From positions 22,671 to 86,670 of the forward strand of contig CAYRRM010000002.1 in the NCBI GenBank assembly GCA_964426675.1: a DNA stretch of 64,000 nucleotides, in the 5' to 3' direction. The notes beneath the pieces are model-generated. The model searched no databases and was not told the origin of the DNA. It saw only the letters and a list, made by a program, of their open reading frames with translations. This stretch comes from an uncultured Lentisphaera sp. GTDB lineage: Bacteria; Verrucomicrobiota; Lentisphaeria; Victivallales; GWF2-50-93. A program made the position numbers and the translations under genes. This document shows, piece after piece, positions 40,650 through 51,000 of this stretch (its first letter is position 1; each line of letters opens with the position of its first letter).

Positions 40650-41246
40650 TTATTTTTCACTTTCATCTTCTTCTGAGCTATTGTCGATGCTTCCTCCTTG
40701 AATGAATTGGAAGAATAAAAACATAACCCCCGAAAAAATTGCAACGTAAAAGTAAATATTTTGCATTCCACTAAACATTTTTTCGAGCCTATCGGAATAA
40801 AATGCCGGTGCTGGCCATTTTTGAATAGTATTTGAGATCCATTTTGAAAGAAAATGAATGGAAGGAAGAGCAAGCAAAATCCCCATAAGTGTCCATATAG
40901 AGTAAAACTTACCCGTCGCAAGACTCGCTACTGCAGAAGAAGGAAATTGCCCACATAATACCACCCCTGCCGCAAAGAGCATGCCCCCGATGAGAGCTCC
41001 CCAGAAGAAAGAAGGACGTGTCTGAATTGATACTAAACCATAATTTTTGGCAAAATAAAAAATTAATACCCCAAATGCAATTGATGAAAAAAGCACTTTG
41101 AAAAATTTCCCATTTTTCATAGAAAGTTGGTCTATTAATGTTTTTCTCCAACCCATTTCTGATTGAATGAGAAAAAAACCAAATGCTGTTCCTAACAATA
41201 ATCCAGCTAATAAACGATATGTTCCTTCAAGAGATAAAGGTGACAT
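40650..41246 (-). CDS. YeeE/YedE family (sulfur-compound transport-like) membrane protein
   Basis: Polytopic membrane protein paired with the upstream YeeE/YedE half. Likely start is MSPLSLEGTYRLLAGLLLGTAFGF at 41246 (track ORF extends to 41324). Confidence 0.65.
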   Translation of the reverse strand: MSPLSLEGTYRLLAGLLLGTAFGFFLIQSEMGWRKTLIDQLSMKNGKFFKVLFSSIAFGVLIFYFAKNYGLVSIQTRPSFFWGALIGGMLFAAGVVLCGQFPSSAVASLATGKFYSIWTLMGILLALPSIHFLSKWISNTIQKWPAPAFYSDRLEKMFSGMQNIYFYVAIFSGVMFLFFQFIQGGSIDNSSEEDESEK

Positions 41247-41250
41247 TAAT

Positions 41251-41781
41251 TTAATTCCTTTTTTTCTTCTTTTCCGAAAAATTACCAGCCACAGCTGCTC
41301 TTGCAAAACCAGAAAAAACCACACCCCAAATTATGAATGATAAAAGAAAAATCCATGCCCCTGTTGAAAGCTGTATTGCCGATGCCCATTGCCCTAAAAA
41401 AGAATCTCCAGCAAATTGCAAGCCAGTCATAACAAGAAAGCCTCCAATAAGATTCTGTATTACGGTTATTCCGAAAGCTCCCACAGGTCCACTGCCTTTG
41501 ACATCTTCAGGGATGATTCTAAGCTGAAAAGTCCCACTTGATAAGGAAGCTATAAATCCTCCTATCGCTATCCCTATTAAAAAAGCTGTCTGCCAATCAA
41601 ATGGGAAATACTCAGAAACTTTCCGCATATGAATTGACTCACGACAATACTCTGATATCTTTAAATATGCGTCCGACATTCCTACCGGGGTATTCAATAC
41701 ATAAAGGGAAAATATAAACAGAAATGCCGCCGTAAAACCTGATATAAATGCAGACCATTTTCCCTTGAAAAAGCTTAACAT
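41251..41781 (-). CDS. YeeE/YedE family membrane protein
   Basis: WSAFISGFTAAFLFIFSLYVLNTPVGMSDAY is the typical N-terminus. 176 aa. Confidence 0.7.
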   Translation of the reverse strand: MLSFFKGKWSAFISGFTAAFLFIFSLYVLNTPVGMSDAYLKISEYCRESIHMRKVSEYFPFDWQTAFLIGIAIGGFIASLSSGTFQLRIIPEDVKGSGPVGAFGITVIQNLIGGFLVMTGLQFAGDSFLGQWASAIQLSTGAWIFLLSFIIWGVVFSGFARAAVAGNFSEKKKKRN

Positions 41782-41902
41782 CCTATTACTCCATTAAAAA
41801 TAGTCTTAATTTAGTTTAATCCAGAAAAAAATAAATTCAAAATTCATAAATATTGATTTTCAACGTAAAAATGCTAAAATTGACAGAAAAAAATATAAAA
41901 AA

Positions 41903-42862
41903 ATGAAATTTTCTTTAAAGAGCGAATACAGTGACACAAATAAAAGAATTGACCTGTTTTTAACCGAAAAAATCCCGGATTTCTCAAGAGCAAAAATTCA
42001 GAATTTTATAAAAAATGGCAAACTTAAAATTAATGGTATTACCGTATATGAACCAAAAACAAAGCTACATGGAGAATCCTTTATAGAATTAGAATGCGAA
42101 AAAGAAGATTCAACTAAATTAACCCCTGAAAATATCAGTTTAAACATAATATTTGAAGATAAATATATCCTTGTTCTGAATAAAGCCACTGGAATGGCTG
42201 TTCATCCAGGAGCAGGATTGAGTCACGGGACAATAGTAAACGCACTTATCGCAAGATATGATAATTTTTTAGAAAAGTTTTCTGATAATATACGTCCCGG
42301 CATAGTTCATAGATTAGATATGGAAACAAGCGGCTGTCTTCTTATAGCAAAAGATGAAAAGACCAGACAACTTTTATCAAATCAATTTTCAAAACATGAG
42401 GTCCATAAAGAATATTTAGGCATTACTTATGGGCATCCAAAGGAAAAAATAGCTGTTATAGATACCTATTTTGGCAGGCATCCAGTCGTCAGAAACAAAA
42501 TGGCAGTACTGGCAAAATCAAATCGAAAAGCCATTACTGAATATAAAGTATTAGATGAATTCTATCTTGATTCTATAAAATGCGCCTTACTAAAAATAAA
42601 AATAAAAACTGGCAGAACCCATCAGATAAGAGTTCATATGGCTTATATACATACTCCAATTTTAGGAGATAAAATTTATGGAGGTAAACAGGACATTAAC
42701 ATTCCAAGACAAATGCTTCATTCCTGGAAAATCACTTTCTCTCATCCATACACAAAAGAAAAATTAGAGTTTGAGTGTCCTTTGCCGGAAGATATGAAAC
42801 GCATTCTCTCTCACTCACCGTCCTTCAGAAGCTCAGAAAGGAATTTGCTGATTTCAGATTGA
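41903..42862 (+). CDS. rluD: RluA-family 23S rRNA pseudouridine synthase (RluD-like)
   Basis: S4-like N-terminus, HRLDMETSGCLLIA catalytic motif, GRTHQIRVHM. Confidence 0.88.
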   Translation: MKFSLKSEYSDTNKRIDLFLTEKIPDFSRAKIQNFIKNGKLKINGITVYEPKTKLHGESFIELECEKEDSTKLTPENISLNIIFEDKYILVLNKATGMAVHPGAGLSHGTIVNALIARYDNFLEKFSDNIRPGIVHRLDMETSGCLLIAKDEKTRQLLSNQFSKHEVHKEYLGITYGHPKEKIAVIDTYFGRHPVVRNKMAVLAKSNRKAITEYKVLDEFYLDSIKCALLKIKIKTGRTHQIRVHMAYIHTPILGDKIYGGKQDINIPRQMLHSWKITFSHPYTKEKLEFECPLPEDMKRILSHSPSFRSSERNLLISD

Positions 42863-44463
42863 TTTGGATTGATTGTAAGAGACTTTTTCCAAAATCTTAT
42901 CGCCTCTGCCTTATTTCCTTCAATTGCCATGAGGGCTCCAGCTTTATTGTAGACACTCACATCCTTTGTTCCAATATTTATACATTCTAAAAAGTCTGAT
43001 AATGCTTCTTTATTTTTCCCAAGTTTTAAACGACAGTTCCCTCTGTTTCTCCATGCAGGAAGGTTAGAAGGATTGATTTCTATTGATTTTGTAAATGCTT
43101 TGTCTGCTTCTTCAATTAAATTTTTATCATACAATTGCAATCCATAGTTATTCCAGACTTTAAAGCTTCCGGGAGAAGTTTTTACTCCTGCACAAGCTAA
43201 CGAATATTGATCTCTCCAATCAGATATTCTAAGCGATAGGCGAACAAGAAATGAAAAGAAAATAGTAATTGCGAAAATCGCAACCATCTTTTTTGAAAGT
43301 TTCTTATTTTGCATATAAAAAATAACAATGGAAATAGAGAATATACATAAAAATACTCCTGGAAAATAATAAAGACGTTCCCCAAAAATCGTTCCTATAG
43401 GAGTCAATATATTCGCCGTCGGCAGGACAGAAATAAAATATGCTGTCAGATAAAAAAGTAAAGTTCTTAAATTTTTATTATAAAGAAATATTATCATTGA
43501 AATTAGAATTATAAAAAAGAGAATTATTTGCGAAATTCGCAAATCGTAGAAGCTGTTTATTGGAACTATTGCAGCATAGGAATAATCATGTGATAGATGT
43601 TTCGGAAAAATAAATTTCCAGACTGCAAAAACCTGAAGCCATAATGCAGTTGGAAGTCTATCCCAGAATTTCATAAGACCAAGATGATTATCCGACCAGT
43701 ACTGTGCATCTGAAAATCTTGGAAATAAATAACTTACAAGATATATTCGCATAAGAAAATATACTAGAACAGAAAGAAACACTGCTACATATGAATATAT
43801 TGATTTACTAAGTCCAAACATCTTTTTGCGAAAATCGCAAATAAAAAATAAATCGTATAATAATATGAGAGGCAATAATAATATGCCAGTTTCTTTTGAT
43901 AATATTGCTAAAAGCCCACAAATAAAAGTAAATAAATAACGAAATCTCCAATTGCTTACGTGAATTAAAATCCCACAAACAAGAAATAATGCTGCTAACA
44001 AATCAGCCCTGCCAGAAGCCGGTATTATAGCCTCTGAGTAAAGAGGATGAATTGCAAATAAAATCGCTGAAAAAAAAGCAATTAAACGGTCAGAAGAAAA
44101 CCTGTAAAAAAGTAAATAGAGTAAGGCGCAAAGAATAGAATTTATCAATATATTTGTAAAACGAAACCCCGGAGACTCTAAACCCCCAATTTTCACATTA
44201 AATAAATACGTGCACAACGTAATAGGCCTATATAAACCTTGTGAAAAATCTTTCCTCCACCATGTGCGAGTAAAACAATCAAAATAAGAACTTTGTGTAT
44301 CAGCATGATAAAATGGATCTGAACTTATAAGAGGAATATCATCAAAAACAAAATCTCCTTCAATTGCCGGAATATAAAATGTAAAAGAGGATAAAAAAAC
44401 TGCGAAAATCGCAAAAAAATCTATTCTTATTTTAATGAAAGTAATAATTTTATTCCTTATCAT
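42811..44463 (-). CDS. GT-C fold membrane glycosyltransferase with C-terminal TPR repeats (TMTC/DUF1736-like, putative protein O-mannosyltransferase)
   Basis: About 11 TM helices. N-terminal loop EGDFVFDDIPLISSDPFY. C-terminal TPR (AFTKSIEINPSNLPAWRNRGNCRLKLGKNKEALSDF...). ATGA-coupled to the upstream GT2 gene. Confidence 0.65.
   Translation of the reverse strand: MIRNKIITFIKIRIDFFAIFAVFLSSFTFYIPAIEGDFVFDDIPLISSDPFYHADTQSSYFDCFTRTWWRKDFSQGLYRPITLCTYLFNVKIGGLESPGFRFTNILINSILCALLYLLFYRFSSDRLIAFFSAILFAIHPLYSEAIIPASGRADLLAALFLVCGILIHVSNWRFRYLFTFICGLLAILSKETGILLLPLILLYDLFFICDFRKKMFGLSKSIYSYVAVFLSVLVYFLMRIYLVSYLFPRFSDAQYWSDNHLGLMKFWDRLPTALWLQVFAVWKFIFPKHLSHDYSYAAIVPINSFYDLRISQIILFFIILISMIIFLYNKNLRTLLFYLTAYFISVLPTANILTPIGTIFGERLYYFPGVFLCIFSISIVIFYMQNKKLSKKMVAIFAITIFFSFLVRLSLRISDWRDQYSLACAGVKTSPGSFKVWNNYGLQLYDKNLIEEADKAFTKSIEINPSNLPAWRNRGNCRLKLGKNKEALSDFLECINIGTKDVSVYNKAGALMAIEGNKAEAIRFWKKSLTINPNQSEISKFLSELLKDGE
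43270..43282. repeat. iterated palindrome copy TGCGAAAATCGCA
   Basis: The coding strand reads A-I-F-A. Confidence 0.9.
43529..43541. repeat. iterated palindrome copy TGCGAAATTCGCA
   Basis: The coding strand reads L-R-I-S-Q (third frame). Confidence 0.9.
43827..43839. repeat. iterated palindrome copy TGCGAAAATCGCA
   Basis: The coding strand reads C-D-F-R-K. Confidence 0.9.
44401..44413. repeat. iterated palindrome copy TGCGAAAATCGCA
   Basis: The coding strand reads A-I-F-A. Confidence 0.9.
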
Positions 44464-45182
44464 CGGTGAAATTTTAACCTTAATATCATTTTAAATAAAT
44501 CAAGAATGACTAAAATGCCGAGTTTACTTTCTCCTTTTTCACGGTTTCTAAATTTTATTGGAATTTCAGTTATTTTTGCATTTTTATCGTTCTTTTTTAA
44601 AAAATACAATATTTCAAGCATTATTTTAAATCCTTCTGCTTTGATATAGGGAGAAAGTCTTTGATATTTCTCATTTTTGATAGAAAAGAATCCTGACATT
44701 GGGTCGCTTATTGTTGTTCCTAAAATAAAATTTGTTGCGAAAATCGCAATTTTACTTGCAATTTTGCGGTAAAAAGGCCATTTAGCTGCAATTTTGGCTC
44801 CTTTTGTGAATCTACTACCAATCACCATATCAAAATTATCCGCAATTTTGATTAGTTCCAGAAGACAAGTTTCCTCGTGCTGTCTGTCTCCATCCATTAC
44901 AATCAGAATATCTCCACTGGCCACATTGAAGGCATCAACTACACTACGACTTAATCCTTTTTCCTTGCCAAGTCTCCTGAAAATTTTAATATTTGGGGAT
45001 TTAGATTCTATTGCAAAATTTTCAACAATTTGCCAGGTTAAATCGGGGGAATTATCATCAGAAACTATAATTTCATAATTTTGCGATTGGGAACCCAGAA
45101 TTTTCGTTATATCCTTAAGTAAAGGGACTATATTTTCGGCTTCATTATAAGTAGGGATAATAATTGAAAATTCTTTTTTCAC
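44460..45182 (-). CDS. family 2 glycosyltransferase, polyprenol-phosphate mannose/glucose synthase (Dpm1-like)
   Basis: IIIPTYNEAENI, VSDDNSPD, MDGDRQH motifs. 240 aa. Confidence 0.8.
   Translation of the reverse strand: MKKEFSIIIPTYNEAENIVPLLKDITKILGSQSQNYEIIVSDDNSPDLTWQIVENFAIESKSPNIKIFRRLGKEKGLSRSVVDAFNVASGDILIVMDGDRQHEETCLLELIKIADNFDMVIGSRFTKGAKIAAKWPFYRKIASKIAIFATNFILGTTISDPMSGFFSIKNEKYQRLSPYIKAEGFKIMLEILYFLKKNDKNAKITEIPIKFRNREKGESKLGILVILDLFKMILRLKFHR
44736..44748. repeat. iterated palindrome copy TGCGAAAATCGCA
   Basis: Inside the GT2 gene; the coding strand reads A-I-F-A. Confidence 0.9.
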
Positions 45183-45189
45183 AACTTCT

Positions 45190-45888
45190 TTACTTTCTTC
45201 CCATCATTCTGTCTAATTCTAAAATTTGTTCATCAGAAAGAGATAAAGTAGAGCCTTTAAGAACTCCTTCATGTAGAATTGTCATTTTAGCAGCTGCCTC
45301 TAAAACTTCAATGCGGTCAAAAGCCTGTAATAAATTTTTTCCGAGCGCTATAATTCCGTGATTTTGCATTACGATACAATCAGAATTTAGTGCAGATTTT
45401 GCCACTATTTTTGCCAGTTCAACAGACCCCATCAGATTATATTCTGCATATGTTATTTTCCCGAGAACCGCCCTTGTTTCAGCGATTAGATTATCTCGAA
45501 TTTTTATTGATGATGCCGAAAGCGCACTTGCATTGAGGGGATGCGCATGGACAATTGCTTTCACATCAGGGCGATTTTTATAGATTTCGATATGCATCCA
45601 TTTCTCAATGCTGACCTGCAATGTTTTATTTTGTGAGAAAGTATTTCCATTTAAGTCTATGGCAATTATTTCAGATGCTTTTATTCTGGCTTTATCGGTG
45701 GCAGATGCTGTTATTAATATTGTTTTTTCATCTGTAATTGCGGAGATATTTCCCCCTGATGTAGTTGTTAGAAATTGTCTGTATAACCTTCGCATAAAAT
45801 ATGCTATTTCAGATTTTAACTTTTCAATATTTTCATTACTTTTTGCGCTTTGCATTTGAACTCCGCTTTTTTTATTATAAAATACCAT
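45190..45888 (-). CDS. class II aldolase/adducin family protein (MtnB-like)
   Basis: TTSGGNIS and AIVHAHPLNASAL motifs. The start may be the internal M at 45855. Confidence 0.75.
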   Translation of the reverse strand: MVFYNKKSGVQMQSAKSNENIEKLKSEIAYFMRRLYRQFLTTTSGGNISAITDEKTILITASATDKARIKASEIIAIDLNGNTFSQNKTLQVSIEKWMHIEIYKNRPDVKAIVHAHPLNASALSASSIKIRDNLIAETRAVLGKITYAEYNLMGSVELAKIVAKSALNSDCIVMQNHGIIALGKNLLQAFDRIEVLEAAAKMTILHEGVLKGSTLSLSDEQILELDRMMGRK

Positions 45889-45917
45889 TGCTTTGCAGTA
45901 AGTAAAAGGAGAATTTT

Positions 45918-46805
45918 ATGAAATTAGGAGTAATTGGCGGTAGTGGGCTCTATGAATTAGAACACATTTCAAAAATTGAAATGTTAAAAATAAATACGCC
46001 TTTTGGAAATCCTTCTGATGAAATTGGACATGGAATAATAGGAACTACAGAGGTTTATTTCCTACCACGACATGGAAAAGGACATACGCTTCTTCCATCA
46101 GAAATAAATCACAGAGCAAATATATGGGCACTTAAAAAGTTGGGTGTAACACATATAGCAAGTATTTCAGCTGTGGGAAGCTTGAAAGAAGAACTCCGTC
46201 CAAGAGATATAGTAATTGTAGATCAATATGTTGATAGAACGAAAAGAGGCCTCGAACATAGTTTTTTCGGCAATGGAATTGCCGCTCATATCGCATTTGC
46301 AGACCCCGTATGTCCAGAACTAATGCACCTTTCGTATCGTTCAGCTCTCGAGGCTGTATCCGAATCCGCTAATGGGAAAAATAGGCCCAGTGTTAATCTC
46401 GGTGGAATTTACCTTAATATGGAAGGGCCAGCTTTTTCAACAAAGGCTGAGTCAAATTTATACCGTAAATGGGGAATGGATGTGATTGGAATGACCAATA
46501 TTGCCGAAGCAAAATTGGCAAGAGAAGCAGAAATATGTTATTGCACAATAGCTATGGTTACGGATTATGATTGTTGGCATCCTGAGCATGACTCAGTAAC
46601 CGTAGACCTTATAATACAAAACTTACTTGCAAATACTGCTCTTGCCAAGAAAATCATCGTTAAAATCGCAAATAAGCTAAGTGAATTACCAGGAAAATGC
46701 CAGTGCCCAAATGCCCTAAGCTCAGCAATAATCACTTCAAAAGATAAAATCACCAATGAACTTAAAGTAAAACTCGAACCTATCATATCAAAATATATAA
46801 ATTAA
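45918..46805 (+). CDS. mtnP: S-methyl-5'-thioadenosine phosphorylase
   Basis: MKLGVIGGSGLY..FLPRHGKGH..GPAFSTKAES..GMTNIAEAKLAREAEICY. Confidence 0.9.
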   Translation: MKLGVIGGSGLYELEHISKIEMLKINTPFGNPSDEIGHGIIGTTEVYFLPRHGKGHTLLPSEINHRANIWALKKLGVTHIASISAVGSLKEELRPRDIVIVDQYVDRTKRGLEHSFFGNGIAAHIAFADPVCPELMHLSYRSALEAVSESANGKNRPSVNLGGIYLNMEGPAFSTKAESNLYRKWGMDVIGMTNIAEAKLAREAEICYCTIAMVTDYDCWHPEHDSVTVDLIIQNLLANTALAKKIIVKIANKLSELPGKCQCPNALSSAIITSKDKITNELKVKLEPIISKYIN

Positions 46806-46814
46806 GGAAATAAA

Positions 46815-47192
46815 ATGAATGAAAATATAAAGTGTCACGTAGATTTTTCCTGCCTTGATCCAAACTGTAAATCACCCGTAGCATTTGACCTGATAGAAGC
46901 CATTGAAGACAATAAACAAATTTTATGTAAAAATTGTCATTGCCCTTATGAGTTTGATACTAACCTAAAGGAAAAACTTGAGAAATTGTTAAAACTTATT
47001 ATAGCAGTAAGGGAAGCTGAAAGCATTCTCGGCGACGTAAATGTCTGCGTTAGCACTCCTGGAGGAACAGTAAAAATACCATATCCTCTATTGTTAACTC
47101 GACTTAACACGTTGATTACCCTTGAAATGAATGGAAAAAAAGTTGAATTTCACCTGCGTATTGAACCATCCTCTCCAGAAACATTCAAATAA
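46815..47192 (+). CDS. hypothetical small protein with a CxxC...CxxC zinc-ribbon-like N-terminus
   Basis: CLDPNCKSP...CKNCHCPY. 125 aa. Lies 9 nt after mtnP. Confidence 0.5.
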   Translation: MNENIKCHVDFSCLDPNCKSPVAFDLIEAIEDNKQILCKNCHCPYEFDTNLKEKLEKLLKLIIAVREAESILGDVNVCVSTPGGTVKIPYPLLLTRLNTLITLEMNGKKVEFHLRIEPSSPETFK

Positions 47193-47237
47193 ATGTTAGT
47201 ATAAAATAAAAAAAATCAATAAAAATATAAAAAGGTA

Positions 47238-47266
47238 TTGACTTTTTTAGAATAATTTTATATAAT
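47238..47266 (+). promoter_or_regulatory. sigma70-like promoter TTGACT-N17-TATAAT
   Basis: -35 at 47238-47243 and -10 at 47261-47266, about 50 nt upstream of the DUF1559 gene. Confidence 0.5.
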
Positions 47267-47318
47267 TGGGGTAGATTTTCGGAGGAAATTAAATTTAACC
47301 ATAAAAAAGGAGAAAAAA

Positions 47319-47825
47319 ATGAAAAAAAGTCGTGGATTCACACTGATCGAGCTGCTCGTCGTTATCGCGATTATCGCGATTCTGGCTGGTATGCTACTCC
47401 CCGCACTCAATGCTGCACGTGAAAAAGCTCGCAGAATTGCATGTGCAAGTAATCTTAAACAAATAGGTCTGGCAATACATATGTATTCCCAGGAAAATTC
47501 TGAACAATTTATGGCAGGATCCGGTGTTAATACTGCTGCAAAAGCGTTTGAAATGCTCCGTTCTGGCGGATATCTTGAAACCCTTAAAGTTTATTGCTGT
47601 CCATCATCAGTAAACCCATTGGCAGAAGGAACTTATGTTTCAAGAACCGACTATACTTATGCTCCGGGATTGAGTGAAGCATCTTCAGTAGATAGTGGTG
47701 TGTCACAAGATAAAGATACAAACCATTCAAAATATGGTAATATCCTATTTATTGATGGTCACGTAGCTGGTTATGCCGGAACCGGTTGGATAAATAACAA
47801 CGGCAGTTGCAAGGTATTATACTAA
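47319..47825 (+). CDS. prepilin-type N-terminal cleavage/methylation domain protein, short DUF1559 / H-X9-DG family
   Basis: MKKSRG|[44 protein letters not shown]. Exact H-X9-DG ([12 protein letters not shown]). Confidence 0.88.
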   Translation: MKKSRGFTLIELLVVIAIIAILAGMLLPALNAAREKARRIACASNLKQIGLAIHMYSQENSEQFMAGSGVNTAAKAFEMLRSGGYLETLKVYCCPSSVNPLAEGTYVSRTDYTYAPGLSEASSVDSGVSQDKDTNHSKYGNILFIDGHVAGYAGTGWINNNGSCKVLY

Positions 47826-47853
47826 ACAACTAAATGTTAACGTTTCCTCCGAA

Positions 47854-47885
47854 GGGGGTGCAGAAAATTGCACTCCCTTTTTTTT
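47854..47885 (+). terminator. rho-independent terminator
   Basis: GGGGGTGCA-gaaaat-TGCACTCCC imperfect stem followed by a run of 8 T. Confidence 0.7.
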
Positions 47886-48081
47886 AATGTATTTTTTATC
47901 TGATATTTTTAATTTCTACAATTTAAATTCTTGCGTGGGCTTTCAGAAAATTCTACAGCAAAATGCAGATTTCCAACCAGTATCAGAGGGAAAACAGCTA
48001 TCCTAATCCTGCTTTCAATTTAAATACGAACTGCGTTTTAGGTTATTTTGTACTTTCAAAAGAATTCTTAAAAACAAGCAG

Positions 48082-51000
48082 CTAATATGTTGGCATATCT
48101 CGTTTTTCTGAAATATGAAAAGGCACGTTTATTATTTTCCCAATAGAGATAAATGCGATTTTCGCATGGATTTTTTCTTCTGGGAGGTCAATGAGTCGAG
48201 AAAGAGCCTTTCGGTATAAATCAAGTTGTGCATAATGGTGTTCAACTGCTAAAGGAATCTCTGATTCTAAAGAAATTTCATCACTTTTGTAGTCTAAGAT
48301 AATAGCATCTTCTGCATTTCCAAACTCATCTTCTATAATAGTGACTCTGTCAAACTGTCCATTCACTAATTTATTATTGATTATTATAGAAAATGCTTTT
48401 TCTCGCCATAGTTTACATTTTTTCCCTGCAGGGAAAGATAATTCATTGCGAATTTCGCAAGCGTTAATAGCCTTTTTAAAAAGTTCAATAGCTTTATTTA
48501 TAACATTCTCATTGGAAATAATCTTTTTGAACTTAGGTTTACAACGCATTATAATATTTTCGACATTTTCATTATCAATCCATTCTATTTGTTCAAAAAG
48601 ATAATGAATTATTGTACCAATTTCCAGAGCTTCTTCTGCAGATTCTGAAAAAATCTTGTTTACAGAAAGATAACTTTCTGTTTTTATCGCAGATGGAGTT
48701 AAAGCTTCAGGTTCAGTGGAAAATAATTCTATAGGATGAATCTCTTTTTCTTCTTTTTCGTCGGCAATAAAATTCTCTTCTTTTTCCAGGCAATTAAACC
48801 AATCTTCATTTCCTTCTTCATATAGGAGCTGGAAAGTATTTTCATCTTCATTCTTTTTATCACCAGTTAGTGTTTTTATAAGAATATCCTGACTACGCAC
48901 AACAGCGGTCTCATTTTTTAACGGAGGGTCTGCAATCATATATAGCGCGTCCCTGGCACGTGTCATAGCTACATACAATACGCAAATATTTTCGTAAGCA
49001 GATTCAATATTAAGTTCACTTATCCATTTTTTTAATTCTGGGTCAATTTCTGAGATAAATTTTTCTGGGAAGAGAAATACGGTTTTTGTTTTCAGGTTTT
49101 TATCTCTTTTTTCTTTTATTCCATCGGATAATTTGTCGGTGATTATAGAATTTTGCTCATATAGTTCTGGTAAAAACACTATATCAAATTCAAGTCCTTT
49201 AGCTTTATGGATAGTTATGCATTGAACAAAATTCTCTGAATTATTTTTAGGTGCAGAATAGTTATTTATAAAGTTTATAAAGTTGCTGCAATTTTTATCT
49301 CCACTTTTATCAAAAATTTCCGCGGCTTCAATAAATTGCTTAATTCTCATTAAATTGAAATTATCAAATCTTATATTAGCCTCTTTCTCGAGTTTATTTT
49401 TCCAGAATATGATTGTTTTTGAAAAAGCCATTTGGTGAATTTGCTCCAGAATGAGGAGGATTAGTTTTTCTTTGTCGGTTCCAATTAATTCTCTGAAAGG
49501 GGTCATTTGCAAATGTTGCCATGCGAAGTTATCTATAGGGTGTTCTACAAATTTAAAAAGCGAGATAAATGCTGGTATTACGGCGTTATCGGTTAGTTTA
49601 TTTTCTCCTTCATAGATGGCTGGTATTCCAAGTAAATGCAAGTGTTTAGCAATTTCTTTTGCAGTGTCGTTTTTTCTACAAAGGACAGCCACAGAAAAGC
49701 CACGTTCAAGGGGGCTAATCATTCCTATTTTTTCAGAGATAAATTTAGCCTTTAGTTCTATTAAATTATCTTTTTTCAGCTTATCCGTATTTTTGATTTG
49801 AAATAGAGCGCAATATCCTTTGTTAGCTTCTGACCTTGGTGTATGTTGGCTGAACTTCCATTTTTCTTTCAGTTCTTGCGGCAAAAATTGTAAGTTTTGT
49901 ATATTAGCAAAAACTTTATTGATGGTATTTATAATTTCAGGAGATGAGCGATAGGATTTTGTTAACTCCCTCCGTTTAATTTTATCACTATACTTTTCTA
50001 ATATATTATCAAAAATTTCTGGTCTACCACCACGCCATGAATAAATAGACTGTTTCTGATCCCCTACATAAAAAAATGACTTCTTTCCACTTGTATCTTG
50101 TATTACTTCATCGATTAAGTTTTCGATAATCGCCCATTGTATAATACTTGTATCCTGGAATTCATCTATCAACCAATGACTAAATCTGGAATCAAGGCGA
50201 TAATCAATATAGAGTTTATCTGCACTATTTACTCTATGAGACGACAAAATATAATGGTTTTCGCCCAATATTTTATCTGGAGAAAGCAGGTATGGAATAT
50301 CCTGAAAAGTTATTATTCCACTTGATCGTATTACTGTGTCATAACTTTCTTCATAACGTTTTATGATTTTATATATGCCTGCTGTTTTATTGAGTTGTTT
50401 TTCGAACTTTATTTTTGCAATGTATTCAATTATTTTTGCAATTATTGCGCACTCTTCGTTGGAGAAAGTAATGCTTTTATGACCGACTTTGATGGTGGCG
50501 TTTCCTTGTTTAAAGCTCTCATACGCAGATATGATATTGCTGAAATTATTTGGACTTTGATCGAGTTTTAAAGTAGGGTTTGTATCAATTATGGATGCAA
50601 TTTCTGCAAAATCTGTGATTTTTTTTATTTCTTTATCGCCCAAATCTTTTCTTTTTTCTAATAGTTCTTTGAGTTTTGTGCTTAAACTATTAATATCATA
50701 TTTTTGAAAAATAATAGAATTTTTTTCCCATATCTTTTCTGGATTTCCCCACATACTTTCATCAGGACACAGTATATAAAGCTGGTGATGGCTTTCAATG
50801 TAGTTTTTGAGCAAGTTAAAAATTCTTTTTTCTTCTACACCAAATGTGGATTTTTTAAAATCCTCAATGAAATTTCTTAAATCTTGCTCATTAGAAATAG
50901 AATTTAAAACCTTCTTTAATACTGTCATTCTCACATAATCTTGCATCTGCTCATCTATTATGGAGATTTTTCCTGGAAGACCAAGTTCAAAGGCAAAGAA

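Noticed and set aside
40607-41151. ORFs 40607-40921 and 40909-41151 overlapping the YeeE/YedE gene
   Set aside because: They are alternative frames of the same strand region. The YeeE/YedE frame gives coherent TM topology.
42811-42862. 52-bp 3'-3' overlap of rluD and the GT-C/TPR gene as a regulatory antisense arrangement
   Set aside because: Overlaps of convergent gene ends occur by chance in compact genomes. No additional structure was seen.
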